From NCBI RefSeq assembly GCF_004010195.1, contig NC_057736.1:17991535-18055534 (forward strand): 64,000 bases of DNA, given 5' to 3'. Below are positions 37,979-50,060 of this stretch, piece by piece (position 1 is the first letter of the stretch; each line of letters starts with the position of its first letter). The translations under genes were made by a program, and so were the position numbers. The notes beneath the pieces are model-generated. The model saw only the letters and a program-made list of their open reading frames with translations, did not search any database and was not told where the DNA came from. The DNA comes from Chiloscyllium plagiosum (taxonomy: Eukaryota).

Positions 37979-40449
37979 CCTGTCCATTCCTGAGTAAAGT
38001 TTCTGTAATTGCTATGATATCCCAGTCCTATGTTCCTAACCATGTCCTAAGTTCATCTGCCAGGCCTCTTGCATTGAAGTAAATGCAGTTAAATTTGTCA
38101 GTTCCACCTCGTACAAATGATTGTTAAAAATTGCAACTTTTAAATTCAGTGAGTTGGGAACATAACTTGATTAAAAGTTTTAGAACTTGCTCAATCTCTA
38201 ATTATAAATTCCTGCATATCCTTGTCCAACATCCTGCCCCATATCTTGGTCAATATTGCATTCCTCTGACTCTGGCTTTTTATGCAGTCCCTCCTGACCT
38301 TTGCTCACTGTTCTAGCCTAGTCTTCAACAAATTGGGTTTAATTTCTGATATCTCCTGAAGTCAGTCCATTACTTTCTCTCCCCTTTTAAAACCTGTTGA
38401 GTAAATCTTTCTTTCCTGACCCAATCAGCTTTTCAGCATGCCTATCTCAGAATCATCAAGAAATGTCCTTTCATATTAAACCTCCTAAATTGAAGTAAGG
38501 TTACATAATGTGGCTGAGAATCGTGACATTCAACCACCACATAAATCTTCTCACATTCCAACTCCTCATCCCAAACCTGTCCCATTCCTGTATTATCTTC
38601 TCATGTCTGTATTAATTCTCCTCTTAAATGGATCAAATACCCTGTAATCCACACACACCCCAGGATGGTTTGTTTCACAGTTTCACCACACATTCTTCAT
38701 ATTTGATGACTCTGTACTTCTCTCATATTTATGTATCCTTATTCTAAATTCATCTAACAGTTGAAAACATATTTCATATTCACCAAATCTCTTCATAATT
38801 TTAGAGCTGTCTTATGGAAATCAGCAATGGCCCTTATATAGTCTTCAATGAATCACCGTGCACAGGCTTGAACTAGAATTGGTGACACTTGAGATTTTGA
38901 TGTTCACCTTTATATTGCAGTGTGGTGTGTCAATGAGACCCTTACGTCAACCTCAATATCCTTACTGCCTGTTGTATTAAAAAATACACTCCCATCCATT
39001 AACTGCAAGAAGCTACTCCTGGTAGTTCAGTGAATAAAAGAAAAGAAATTTCTTTTCATCCACGAAGAAACCAACAATGCCTGATATTAATAGATTGCTG
39101 CTTAACACCACTCGAAGCGCTCTTTGAGACCTAAACTCTCAACGTTAACAATACAACTTCAAGCCTGATGAAGTTTGGACAGTTCACAGGAAATCATAGA
39201 TAATCGTCTCATGAAAGATTGGATACAAAAGAACCTTGGTTTGGATTTTCTACAGTATTTATGGGTAATCCTAAATTACATCCAGAAAACTTGCAGCAGA
39301 TTAAAAACTAAAAATCTTTAATTTTGTTTTATTCATAGGATGAGGGTTTTGCTGGATAGACGAGCATTTATTGCCCATCCCAAATTGCCCAGAGAGCGGT
39401 TAAGAGTCAATGATGTTGCTATGGGTCTGGAGTCACATATAGGCCAGACGCGGTAAGAATGGCAGTTACCCTCCCTAAATGACATTTGTGAATCAGATGG
39501 GCTTTCCAGCAATTGGCAATGGATTCAAGGTCATCATTAATTCCAGCCTCTTAAATTCAGATTTTATTGAATTCAAATTCTACCATCTGTAATGTTGAGA
39601 TTCAAACCCCAGTCCCTAGAACATTACTTGGATTTCTAGATTAACTGTCCACAAGGACATCGCCTCCCAGTTTGTGATTGTGGTTACTCACAATAGGCCA
39701 TGATAGCTAATGGGTCAATGTCCAATCCACAAATGCAAAGGAGATACCACAATGATACACGCTACTATTCCCAACACAATGATCAGCTTCAGCCATTTAA
39801 ACTCTAAATGTAAATGTCCGCTGTTTTTCTACATTTCTATCAGCAATACAATTTTAAAGGAAGGATTTGAATGAGAACATGACTAAATTCAGTTTGCTTT
39901 TTTGCTCTCCTCTCTTACCCTCTCTAACTATTTGTTTACAGTGCTCCATCTAAGGCTGCAATACTGTGGAAAGATTGCTCTCTGGAGCCAGAAGTGATCA
40001 TCACCATCAGGAGGAGAAAAAAAGAACAATCAGAGGGAAAAAAAAATCTTATCCCAGCACAACTGATCAAATCAATGGCAAAAATAGGAAATAAGTTACA
40101 AATTTTAACAGCGTTAAAATTGTGGACACTTCCATCGTCATTGTAAAGGTCATAAATTTACTCTTTAAAATAGTAAAGAGCCTGTCTTTGAAGAAACCTT
40201 TTCCAAGGTTGCTCTCCCGGTCTAATGAGCCAATCAAGTAAGGGAATTAGGATTCTAAACATTCCCACATTTAAACCTATCATTATTAATTCTTAAAATT
40301 GTAAGCTTGGTACTGTCAAAATTTCTCATTAGATCTGATGTGTCATTTATACACTATCATTTGCAGACACTACAATTCAAAAATAATTTTAAAACATTAA
40401 GTTTAAAAAGGAAACTTTATATTTTAAGTAAGTTATTCATCAGTCCTAC

Positions 40450-40513
40450 CTTGTATTAGTGAGATTATCAGGAGACATTGAAGACAAACCTGCTGCAATA
40501 TGCTGAACCACAT
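40450..40513 (-). CDS. BTLA: BTLA-like gene A, signal peptide exon
   Basis: accATG context; MWFSILQQVCLQCLLIISLIQ(G); CAAG|GTAGGA donor, phase 1, matches the Ig exon; in-frame TAG upstream. Too short for the ORF track. Confidence 0.85.
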
Positions 40514-40559
40514 GGTTCTGAGTAAATTGCACAATCTAACACGGGGTTCTCACTGCTAT

Positions 40560-40800
40560 CTGAAGAAAGAGAAACCACAGCTTAGTGTGGCTTCAGCTAT
40601 CAGTCACTGTGAACTCAAAAATGAAAAGTGACCAGCCAACTTCTCAGCCAGCAGCCATTCATTTCTCTGTCAATACTTTTTAAACCAACACAACTGGTAG
40701 CTGGCAAATATGTATTTTTTTATTCCCTACTTACATTGCTCCACAGTTCACTTCCCTAGTGATTCTGCTGGAACAAAGAGCACTGGAAGTACACGATATT
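40560..40800 (-). promoter_or_regulatory. Candidate 5'-UTR intron (40560-40734) and promoter of gene A with RUNX/ETS/IRF-like motifs
   Basis: AAT|GTAAGT donor at 40734 and tttctctttcttcag acceptor at 40560; AACCACA 40573-40579, GAAAAGTGA 40623-40631, CACTTCC 40749-40755, GGAAGT 40785-40790. Confidence 0.45.
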
Positions 40801-42604
40801 TTCCTATTCAACCTGTTCAGTTATTATTATATACCTCTGGAGCAAGTGGGACTTGAACCTAGTCTTTACAGCTGACAGGACAAACTGAGAAGGCTGTAAA
40901 AAACCTCTATGGAATAAGTAGCTCGATTGAACAAAGAGGCTTGAAGACACATTGAAGGCATTAATGCACAAAGCTATGTAGATGCATGAGATTACATAAT
41001 GTCTTAGTTTGGCTAACTTTGCAGAAATGAATCAGGACTAACAGACTAATTAGAGCATGGGTCCTGAGACCACCAGACACTGCTGTAAGCGCAAAAGTGG
41101 TAAAGTCAGGGGGGTAGTTTCAAATTCATTGACAAAGTATATAGTCACATAGACTAGGACAGTGCAATATTTTTGACAAATTACCATTATTGATAAAAAT
41201 ATATCCAAAAGATAAAAATGGAATGTTGAGAAGGTCAGAGCTAGTGATGCAGACCAGATATCCTGTGCAAGGCGAAGGAAAATTATAGATTGTCAGTAGT
41301 GGTTTATTTTTAAATTGCTATAAAAGTCTAAATAGAAAAGTGTAAATTCATGATAATTGTTGGCCATGAAGTAATGTTACAAGAATGGTCTAAATCTTTT
41401 CGAGATCTACTGAATTGTCGAATTGGAGCAATCTCTGGGTGCTGTTCCCTGTAGGAATTCTTCCATTGATCAATAAGCTGCCATTTGATTCACTTTAAGA
41501 CTTACTAATGTCAAATGTCTTTAGATACTGCCAGCAAGATAAAGTGATCTTCATCAAAATTCAATGGGGGCCTTAGTTATGTAGGACTCTCTTCTCTACA
41601 GTTCATAAGGATCACGTTGAGACAAACATCAACTCTTGCTAGAGGATCATTAACTCGGTGAAAGCTGTTCTTTGGTCTGCACTTGCTGACCTTCTTGTGC
41701 AAAGACCTGTCTATATCAGAATGTTACACACAGTGGCACATTCCAAAGTTCACAACTATTTACACCTTAGAGCTAAACTCTGCATGCCTGCCACAGCCAA
41801 CTGTGAATGGTGATGGGCAATTAAATAACTCACTGGGTGAGGAGGCTCCATAAATACCTTAATCCAAAATGCATTGGCTAAACTTCCTGTGTCTTTCCTT
41901 GTTGTTAACTTTGCGAATCTTCTCACTGAAGCCAAATTTGTCTAGCAGAGTAATTATTTATTTGAGGCAGCAGTGTTAACCACTGTGCCACCCTAACCAG
42001 GTGGGCTTTCCTAATAATCGATTCATTGTCTTCATTAGACTCTTTGTTCTGGAGTTTTATTGAATTCTGCTGCGGCAGTATTCAAACCCGGATCCCCAGG
42101 ACATTATCTCGATTTCTGGATAAAAAGCCCAGTGATAGTATCATTAGGCCATCACCTCATTGCTGGATCCCAGAGGGCTATTGAATATCAGTTATAGAGT
42201 GTGTTCAGGATAGTTCTAAAGAGTATTACTGGACTCACAACATTTACTCTGTGTCTCTCTACACAGAGGCTGTCAGACCTGCTGAGTGTCTCCAGCATTC
42301 TCTGTGTTAGTTTCAGATTTCCTGTATCTGCAGTATTTTCACTTTAACTGGAATTTTATCCAGCTTACCGCAGTCAATCGGAACAAAGTAATTTCTGCTT
42401 CTCTTTTATGCTCACTAACAGCTAAAACAACCTTCTTTCTCTTCTCCAATTTGACCTTCTTGCCCTTGATTTTAATTAGGTACAGTTGGCAGCTGTACCT
42501 TCAGCTACCCAAGGCCTTAACTCTAGGATTCATTCTTAAATGTCTGTTTCCCCCCTCTTTAAAATACTCCTTAACACCTACTACTTTGACAAAGCTTTTG
42601 GTAA

Positions 42605-43018
42605 CATAAGACCATAAGACCATAAGACATAGGAGTGGAAGTAAAGCCATTCAGCCCATCGAGCCCACTCCGCCATTCAATCATGGCTGATGGGCATTTC
42701 AACTCGACTTACCCGCATTCTCCCCGTAGCCCTTAATTCCTTGTGACATCAAGAATTTATCAATCTCTGCCTTGAAGACATTTAGCGTCCCGGCCTCCAC
42801 TGCACTCTGCGGCAATGAATTCCACAGGCCCACACTCTCTGGCTGAAGAAATGTCTCCGCATTTCTGTTCTGAATTTACCCCCTCTAATTCTAAGGCTGT
42901 GTCCACGGATCCTAGTCTCCTCGCATTACGAAAACAATTTCCTAGTGTCCACCCTTTCCAAGCCATGTATTATCTTGTAAGTTTCTGTTAGATTTCCCCT
43001 CAATCTTCTAAACTCCAA
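42605..43018 (-). mobile_element. Young LINE 3' end
   Basis: (cataagac)n tail; CpG retained; CR1-like 3' ORF end. Confidence 0.85.
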
Positions 43019-43629
43019 AACATGGCTGACTACTTTCTATTGTAATTCAGTGCTTTGGGATTGATCACACTGGATAAATATAAGTTGTTTTTACTCTCTG
43101 TGTACTTAGCGTTGTTGCAAAAGTGTAAGCCAACTGATACATGCACTGAATATTTAGGAGTGAATGCACATCTAACAGACACCAGCACAGAGCCCATGAA
43201 CTGCACAGTGTGTAGGTGGAGTGAACTAAATTGGTCAAATGTTTCCTGTTTTTGAAAGCACCACAAGGCATTAATAAACCACCAAACAGGGTTTTGTTCT
43301 CCTCTGGTCAGGACCAAAAGGTAATGGAAATTTAAACAGATCACACATTAGCAGAAACAGAAGAAGAACCATTTCCAGAGGCCTCAGCAAGACATCTCAT
43401 TACTCATGCATGAGTCACAGATTTTATTTTATAATAGGTCAAAATCCTAAGATTAGAAATTCAGCAATAATGCATATAATATTGTCCTCAATTGTGGAAA
43501 GAACTGGCAATTAATCAGGAAAATATAGCTCGTAGTCTAAAGGTTTATGTAAATTTCCAGTCGATAAAGGTGCATGACAGAAGATTGGAGAAACAGCAAC
43601 ACTTACAGAGCACAGCATATAACGAGGTA

Positions 43630-44245
43630 AGACTGATGAATTAAACTGCATTTATTTCAATGCAAGAGCCCTGAGAGCTGAAGCAGAAGAACTCAGGGAA
43701 TGGATGGTACTACGGATAGGTGGATTGGCCATGCTAAATTGCCCAGTGTCCAGGGATGTGTAATCTAGGTGAATTAGTCTTGGGAAGTACAGGGTTGCAG
43801 GGATAGGGTAGGCAGGTGATCTAGCTGGGATGCTATTCGGAGGGTTGGTGTGGATTATTTGGCCACATTGTAGATTTTCTGTGATTCTATGAGACTGGGA
43901 TAACACACCAATTGTGGAAACATGGCGGAGGGAGAGACAGGTCTGGCACCTCAATATTCTGGGATGGTATATATAGGAAGTATAGAAGGGGAGGCAATAG
44001 AGGAGGGGAGTGGTGGTTTTGATTAAGGAAAACATCATAGTAGCACTTAGAATATTCCTGTGGATCATCCAGTAAAGCTATGTGAGTGGAACTGTGAAAT
44101 AAGAAGGGGATAATCATCTTGATGGGATTATCCTATAGGCCCCCAATACTCAGCGGGAAAATGAGAAACAAATATGTAAGGAGATTGCAGGTAGCTGTAG
44201 GAGTAATAGGGTTATAATAATAGGGGATTTTAACTTTCCAAACGT
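43630..44245 (+). mobile_element. CR1 endonuclease fragment interrupted by a partial SINE (about 43711-43890)
   Basis: LNCIYFNARAL, GITPIVETW, GGGVVVLIK, YRPPN and IGDFNFP motifs. Confidence 0.8.
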
Positions 44246-47188
44246 AATTTCTTAATATTTTCGCTCAAATTGAAAAATGTCTGAGGCTTGTTAGTTCTGG
44301 GATTATAAACATGAGCAATGGTACATTTCAGGCATCAAGTTGATAGGGAATAAAAACTGATCGGCAAATCCCTCCCAATGCAGAGGACAGACAAGCACTC
44401 CGAAAGCTTGTACTTTTAAATAAAACTGTTGGACTATAAGCTGGTGTTGTGTGATTTTTAATTTTGTCCACCCCAGTCCAACACCAGCACATCCACGTCT
44501 CAAATTCAAGGGCAAGGTGTTGCCTATTTTTCTACTTGGATGTTGGTAATTTTTAAAAATGCTTTAACTTTTGAATTAACAGGGAATAGTTTGCTACCAC
44601 CACTCCTCCTTTCTCTCTGCTGAGTTTAAGGCCTGTCTAATTATCAATTAGACCACTGGCAAGTCTAAACAGATGTACTTGTCTGGCATGATAAGGTAGT
44701 CAATTGCATAGTAACAGTAGGTGCAGTTTATATTAACTTGTTGGGCATAATTACTTTGGACCATCAATGGCTGTGCATAACAACAGACCTCAGCTGCTTC
44801 CATCCAAAGACCGTGTGACATTATAATGTCCATGCAACATAAATGTTAACGCCTTCAGAGCCATCACTTTTACAACATGGAGTGATGCATAGATTTAAGG
44901 CTTTTGTAGGTAAATCACCACTTTAATTCAGCTATTTATTAAGAAATCTCACACAATCAAATACTGAAACATTAATTTAAATTTTATTGCGTGTGGCAAT
45001 ATGAAACTATGTGCAAAATAAAACCCCTCAAGTAAGCAAGTTAAGCTTTACAACTCAACTTGGCTATTACCTGATTAATGTGGAATTTAGCTACGATTCC
45101 TAACATCTCTCTATGTCCAGAGTTTACTCGTTGTCCAGTGTTGTTCTTCAATGTTCTGCTGTCCAGTCTTGTACAATTTCTCATCCTTCAGATCTATGGG
45201 GTAGTTATTGATGATCTTTTAGATTCTTTCATCCAAAATATTGCACCTTGCCTTCTTATCAGGAGTAACTTCTTTGTTCATTGTTGCATTTGTCATTGGC
45301 TTGGCTGTTTGAAGACAGAGCTTTCATGTAATTAACTCCTTACATTCTTCCACAGAACAATCATTTATCCTTGTGGCATAAGGCAGCCAGTTATCAGGCA
45401 GATGTCAAAACTGTTTTATTCAGGTAGCTTTGATTCCTTTGCCCAGGCATAGTTCATTGCTTTCAATTCCAGTATAACAGTTTGTCCTTGCCTTTCAATA
45501 GTTTATTCCAGGCAGACTTATTGCTGCTTCTTTCAATAAACAGTTATTAATTTACAGTATCACAGTGTAAATTGTTGGTCAAAATAGAGAGATGTTATTT
45601 TCTGCACATGGCCCATAATGTACATTAGTTCAGTTGGCTGGATGGTTGATTTGCAAAGCAGTGTGATGCCAACAGTGTAGATTCAATTCCTACACTGTTT
45701 AAGGTTCCCAAGAAGGCTCTCCTTCTCAACCTTGCACCGTGCCTAAAACGTTGTGACCCTCAGGTTAAACCACTGCCAGTCATCTCTCTCGCTAATGAAA
45801 AAGTAGCCCTATGATGACTGTACTTTACACCAATGCTGGATCCACCAAGGTGTTTTGTCCCAGTGTTGATATCATAATGATAACAAAACAATCCTGAAGA
45901 AATATTCATGGGAAAAAGTAGAAAATAAATGGGACAGAATTAAAATAAAGATGAAACAAAAGTCGATGCTGAATTAACTGCTCTCATTTAGGTAAGCAAA
46001 TAACAGGAGTTGTGCGTTGTATCCCTGGATTAGGGAGAGATGGAAATCAAACAGGATCCTCATTCCTGACCCAGGCAATGATGCTTAAGTAGAGATGGAT
46101 GAGCATAACATTGTCTTTAATGGTGCATTATGGTGAAATAGTTTATAGGCTCCATTGATAACTGGCCATTTAGAGTTGGATACAAACAGTTCGATGAATC
46201 TTTTAAGAATTTAAAAACAAGAAATAGGAAAAAAAAGTGTTGTGAAGTTGGGTAGAGTGTTTGTGGATTGGAAGACAGGAAGTTAGAATTTAATGTGTAA
46301 AATATTCATGTCTGTAAAGTGATAGGGGAGAAAGGCAGTGTGTAGTCCCTTTAAAAGATGATGTGCTTTTCTATGTTTAGCGATTCAAAAGGATGTCTGT
46401 AGGTTTGCAGGTGCACAGAGCACCTGAAGTGAAACATTTGTATCAAAGGTTTGTACGGTTAGCAGTCCAAGCCACAGGTTTGTTTTGTTATCAAGACAAC
46501 CAGCTTGAATTTAGCCAACTAATTTGAAATAAGTGAGAACAGTCCCATCCAATAGTATTTTCATCTTAGTTTTCAATTCCATGGCCTTATCTCTCCCTCT
46601 CTCTTATCTTGTACATCTGATTTAAAAATCACTCCATCATTGATAGCTGCAGCTTCAGTTGCCTAGGCCTAGAGTACCTTAATCTCATCACCTCCCTTTT
46701 ATTTGGACCAAACATTTGGTCATCTGGCCCCATTCTTAATATACGTGGCATGAAACTGATTTATAACATCTCTATGAAGTTTCTTCAAATTTATAGTATT
46801 TGTAATATGCCAATATTCTTCACCTTGACTGGCAGACTTTTCACCTGAGTGGTGGAATGGCTCTTGGTGGTAATTCTCTCAAAAGCATATAGTAACTCAA
46901 AAGTACTATGCAGGCTACTTGCTATTTATTGCACCATGCAAATTTGAAGTTAGCACTGGATGATGGACAAATAAAACCCATTTTCCTGGTGACCCATCAA
47001 ATTTCTTCTTTGGTTGGAGGAAGTAATAAATTTAGCTGAATCTGGCTAAAAATAACCAAACTGGTACCTATGCCAGATCCTAGCCTTCTAATTCTGCTGC
47101 CTCTGACATGGTATGTACAAGGTTCTGTGCTGTTTTGAAGTGATTCTATTTTGGGAGGTCTCAAACAATTTTGATGATAAACTCTATT

Positions 47189-47520
47189 TGGGGTGGCATG
47201 GTGGCTCAATGGTTAGCACTACTGCCTCACAGCACCAGGGACCAGAGTTCAATTCCAGCCTCTGGTGACTGTGTGAAGTTTGCACATTCTCTCCATGTCT
47301 GCATGGCTTTCCTCCATGTGCTCCAGTTTCCTCTGGGGATGTGCAGGTTAGGTGAATTGGTCAAGCTAAGTTGCCCAGAGTGTTCTGGAATATGTAGGTT
47401 AGGTACATTAATCAAGGGACCTGTAGGATAATGGGTCTGGTTAGGATACTCTTCAGAGGGTCAGTGTGGACTTGGACCGAAAGGCTGTTTCCATGCTGTA
47501 GGAATTCTAATTCTAATTTG
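47189..47520 (+). mobile_element. tRNA-derived SINE (HE1/V-SINE-like)
   Basis: ggggtggcatggtggctcaatggttagcactactgcctcacagcaccagggaccagagttcaattcc head; ttctaattcta tail. Confidence 0.88.
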
Positions 47521-47790
47521 AACTAAGCGCTTACATAATAAAAATCTTTCAAATTTAAATCTGATGGTTTTGACAACGGAGGATCAATCCGATTGGAAAA
47601 ACATTGATAGGTAATCAAGGGTGTAAAGTGGGGGGCATTTGGAAAATCAGAAGAGAGCAAACTGCCAAGTTAACAAACATCAGCTCAAAAGAAGGAATTA
47701 TTGACTCTCACAGAATTCTCAGAGCCTCAGAGTAAGCATAGTCTAAATAAAGGTATCGCAGCACTTAAAGCTAATATTTCTGGTAAAAGA

Positions 47791-47970
47791 TTAGATTAGA
47801 TTACTTACAGTGTGGAAACAGGCCCTTCGGCCCAACACGTCCACACCGCCCCGCCGAAGCGCAACCCACCCATACCCCTACCTTTACCCCTTACCTAACA
47901 CTATGGGCAATTTAGCATGGCCAATTCACCTGACCTGCACATCTTTGGACTGTGGGAGGAAACCGGAGCA
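47791..47970 (-). mobile_element. SINE 3' part (runs into gap)
   Basis: ttagattagattac tail; gcacatctttggactgtgggaggaaaccggagca core. Confidence 0.88.
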
Positions 47971-48219
47971 NNNNNNNNNNNNNNNNNNNNNNNNNNNNNN
48001 NNNNNNNNNNNNNNNNNNNNNNNNNNNNNNNNNNNNNNNNNNNNNNNNNNNNNNNNNNNNNNNNNNNNNNNNNNNNNNNNNNNNNNNNNNNNNNNNNNNN
48101 NNNNNNNNNNNNNNNNNNNNNNNNNNNNNNNNNNNNNNNNNNNNNNNNNNNNNNNNNNNNNNNNNNNNNNNNNNNNNNNNNNNNNNNNNNNNNNNNNNNN
48201 NNNNNNNNNNNNNNNNNNN
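47971..48219. other. Assembly gap (N run)
   Basis: Run of n. Confidence 1.
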
Positions 48220-49329
48220 TGGGATAAGGTGGGGGAGGAGAAATGAAGAAACTGGTGAAATCCACATTAATCCTGGTTGCAGGGTCCCAATGCAGAATAT
48301 AAGGTGTTGTTCTCCAGGCATTGGGTGGTAACAGTTTGGACATGGAGGTGGCCCAGGACCTGCATGTCCTTGGCAGAGTGGGAGGAGGAGTTGAAGTGTT
48401 CAACCACAGGCGGTGGGGTTGGTTAGTGCGGGTGTCCCAGAGATGTTCTTTGAAACAATCCGCAAGTTGGCATCCTGTCTCCCCGGTGTAGAGGAGACCA
48501 CATCGGGTGCAACAGATATAGTAGATGACATTGGTGGAGGTATAGGTAAATTTCTATTGGATGTGGAAGGATCCTTTAGTGCCTTGGACAGAGGTGAGGG
48601 GGGAAGTGTGAGTACAGGTTTTGCACTTCCTGCGGTGGCAGGGGAAGATGTCAGGAGTGGGGTGTGGGCTGGTGGGGGGTGTGGATGTGACGAGGGAGTC
48701 ACGGAGGGAGTGGTCTTTACGGAATGCTGATAGGGGAGGGGAGGGGAATATATCCTTGGTGGTGGGGTCCGTTTGGAGGTGGCGGAAATGACGGCGGATG
48801 ATGCGCTGTACATGGAGATTGGTGGGGTGGTAGGTGAGGACTAGTGGGGTTCTGTCCTGGTGGCGGTTGGTGGGGCGGGGTTCAAGGGCGGAGGTTCGGG
48901 AAGTGGAAGAGATGCGGTGGAAGGCATCGTCGACCACGTCGGGGGGGAAATTGCAGTCCTTGAAGAAGGAGGCCATCTGGGTTGTGCGTTTTTGGAACTG
49001 GTCCTCCTGGGAGCAGATGCGGCGGAGTCGAAGGAATTGGGAGAATGGGATGGCGTTGGGATGGGATGGGATGGGATGGGATGGCGTCCTATCACCCTCA
49101 CCTTGACCTCTTTCCACCTATCACATTTCCGACGCCCCTCCCCCAAGTCCCTCCTCCCTACCTTTTATCTTAGCCTGCTGGACAAACTTTCCTCATTCCT
49201 GAAGAAGGGCTTATGCCCGAAACGTCGATTCTCCTGTTCCCTGGATGCTGCCTGACCTGCTGCGCTTTTCCAGCAACACATTTTCAGCTCTGATCTCCAG
49301 CATCTGCAGACCTCACTTTCTCCTCAAAG
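48220..49329 (-). mobile_element. Penelope-like element with inverted terminal segment (49086-49329 plus) and (GGATG)n microsatellite
   Basis: AIPFSQFLRLRRICS...PLVLTYHP...AFRKDHSLRDSLV...FPCHRRKCKTC; intact hammerhead core at 49199-49226. Confidence 0.92.
49195..49230 (+). ncRNA. Minimal type I hammerhead ribozyme motif (Penelope-associated)
   Basis: CUGAAGA (CUGANGA) - stem II gggc/uuau/gccc - GAAA - palindromic ACGU helix III - GUC cleavage triplet. Confidence 0.7.
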
Positions 49330-49990
49330 ATTTCTGGTAAAAGACATACCTGAATAAAGAATTCAACTGAGAAGGCGTTCCTGATAGAAGATCAATGGAG
49401 AAGACACAGAACATTCCAGAAGATGTAGCCTTGCTGTAAATTAGAGACACAATTCTATTTTTTTCTTTATTTTGGTTTATGTAGGTGGGATTTGTATTTA
49501 TTAGAACAGCATACCATTAGAATCTTGTTTTATTCAGAAGTAGTAGTTAGAGGGGAATTGTTCAGTTTGTTAATAGTTCAGTCAGTTTGTTTATTATTAG
49601 AGTTAGGTAACTAAATTGTTACTTGTTGATAATAGAGTGAGTGTCAGGGGTTTATTTCATTTGATCACTCCTTTCTAACAGCTTGGGGATGAGAGGCAGC
49701 TTATACCATGTTTCACACTTCTTTTAACGGATTATAGATTGAGGCAAGCTTCTCTGGGTGTTTCAGTTTTAATTATCAGTGGAGAGTCAACCTCAGCTTT
49801 ATAATATAAGGAACCAAAGTGAACAAAAGGAGATGTGATCTTTCCACAGTATGACTAAATCAGGTTGCCAACAAAGTGAAGATGGGAAGTAAAATATAAA
49901 ACACTTCACATTATTCCCATTTAGATTGTCAGACACTTCGAATATACATTATTTACTTCAAACCCAGGGATTCACAAATTGTCACAAGAT

Positions 49991-50060
49991 ATGATCCCTG
50001 TCAAGCAGTTGAGAGTTGCCATTGGCTTGTTCCTCCTCCTGGTTTTGATTCAATTACAAG
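49991..50060 (+). CDS. BTLA-like gene B, signal peptide exon
   Basis: MIPVKQLRVAIGLFLLLVLIQLQ(G/E); CAAG|GTAAGA donor, phase 1. Ends in CAAG| like the gene A leader exon. Confidence 0.88.

Noticed and set aside
43030-43344. Short ORFs with faint Ig-like words (minus GEQNPVWW...LHLHTV...RC; plus TC...NCTVC...W), possibly a decayed fourth BTLA-type exon
   Set aside because: Resemblance appears on both strands, Cys spacing and length are wrong and there are no convincing splice sites; likely chance. An HMM or TBLASTN search would settle it.
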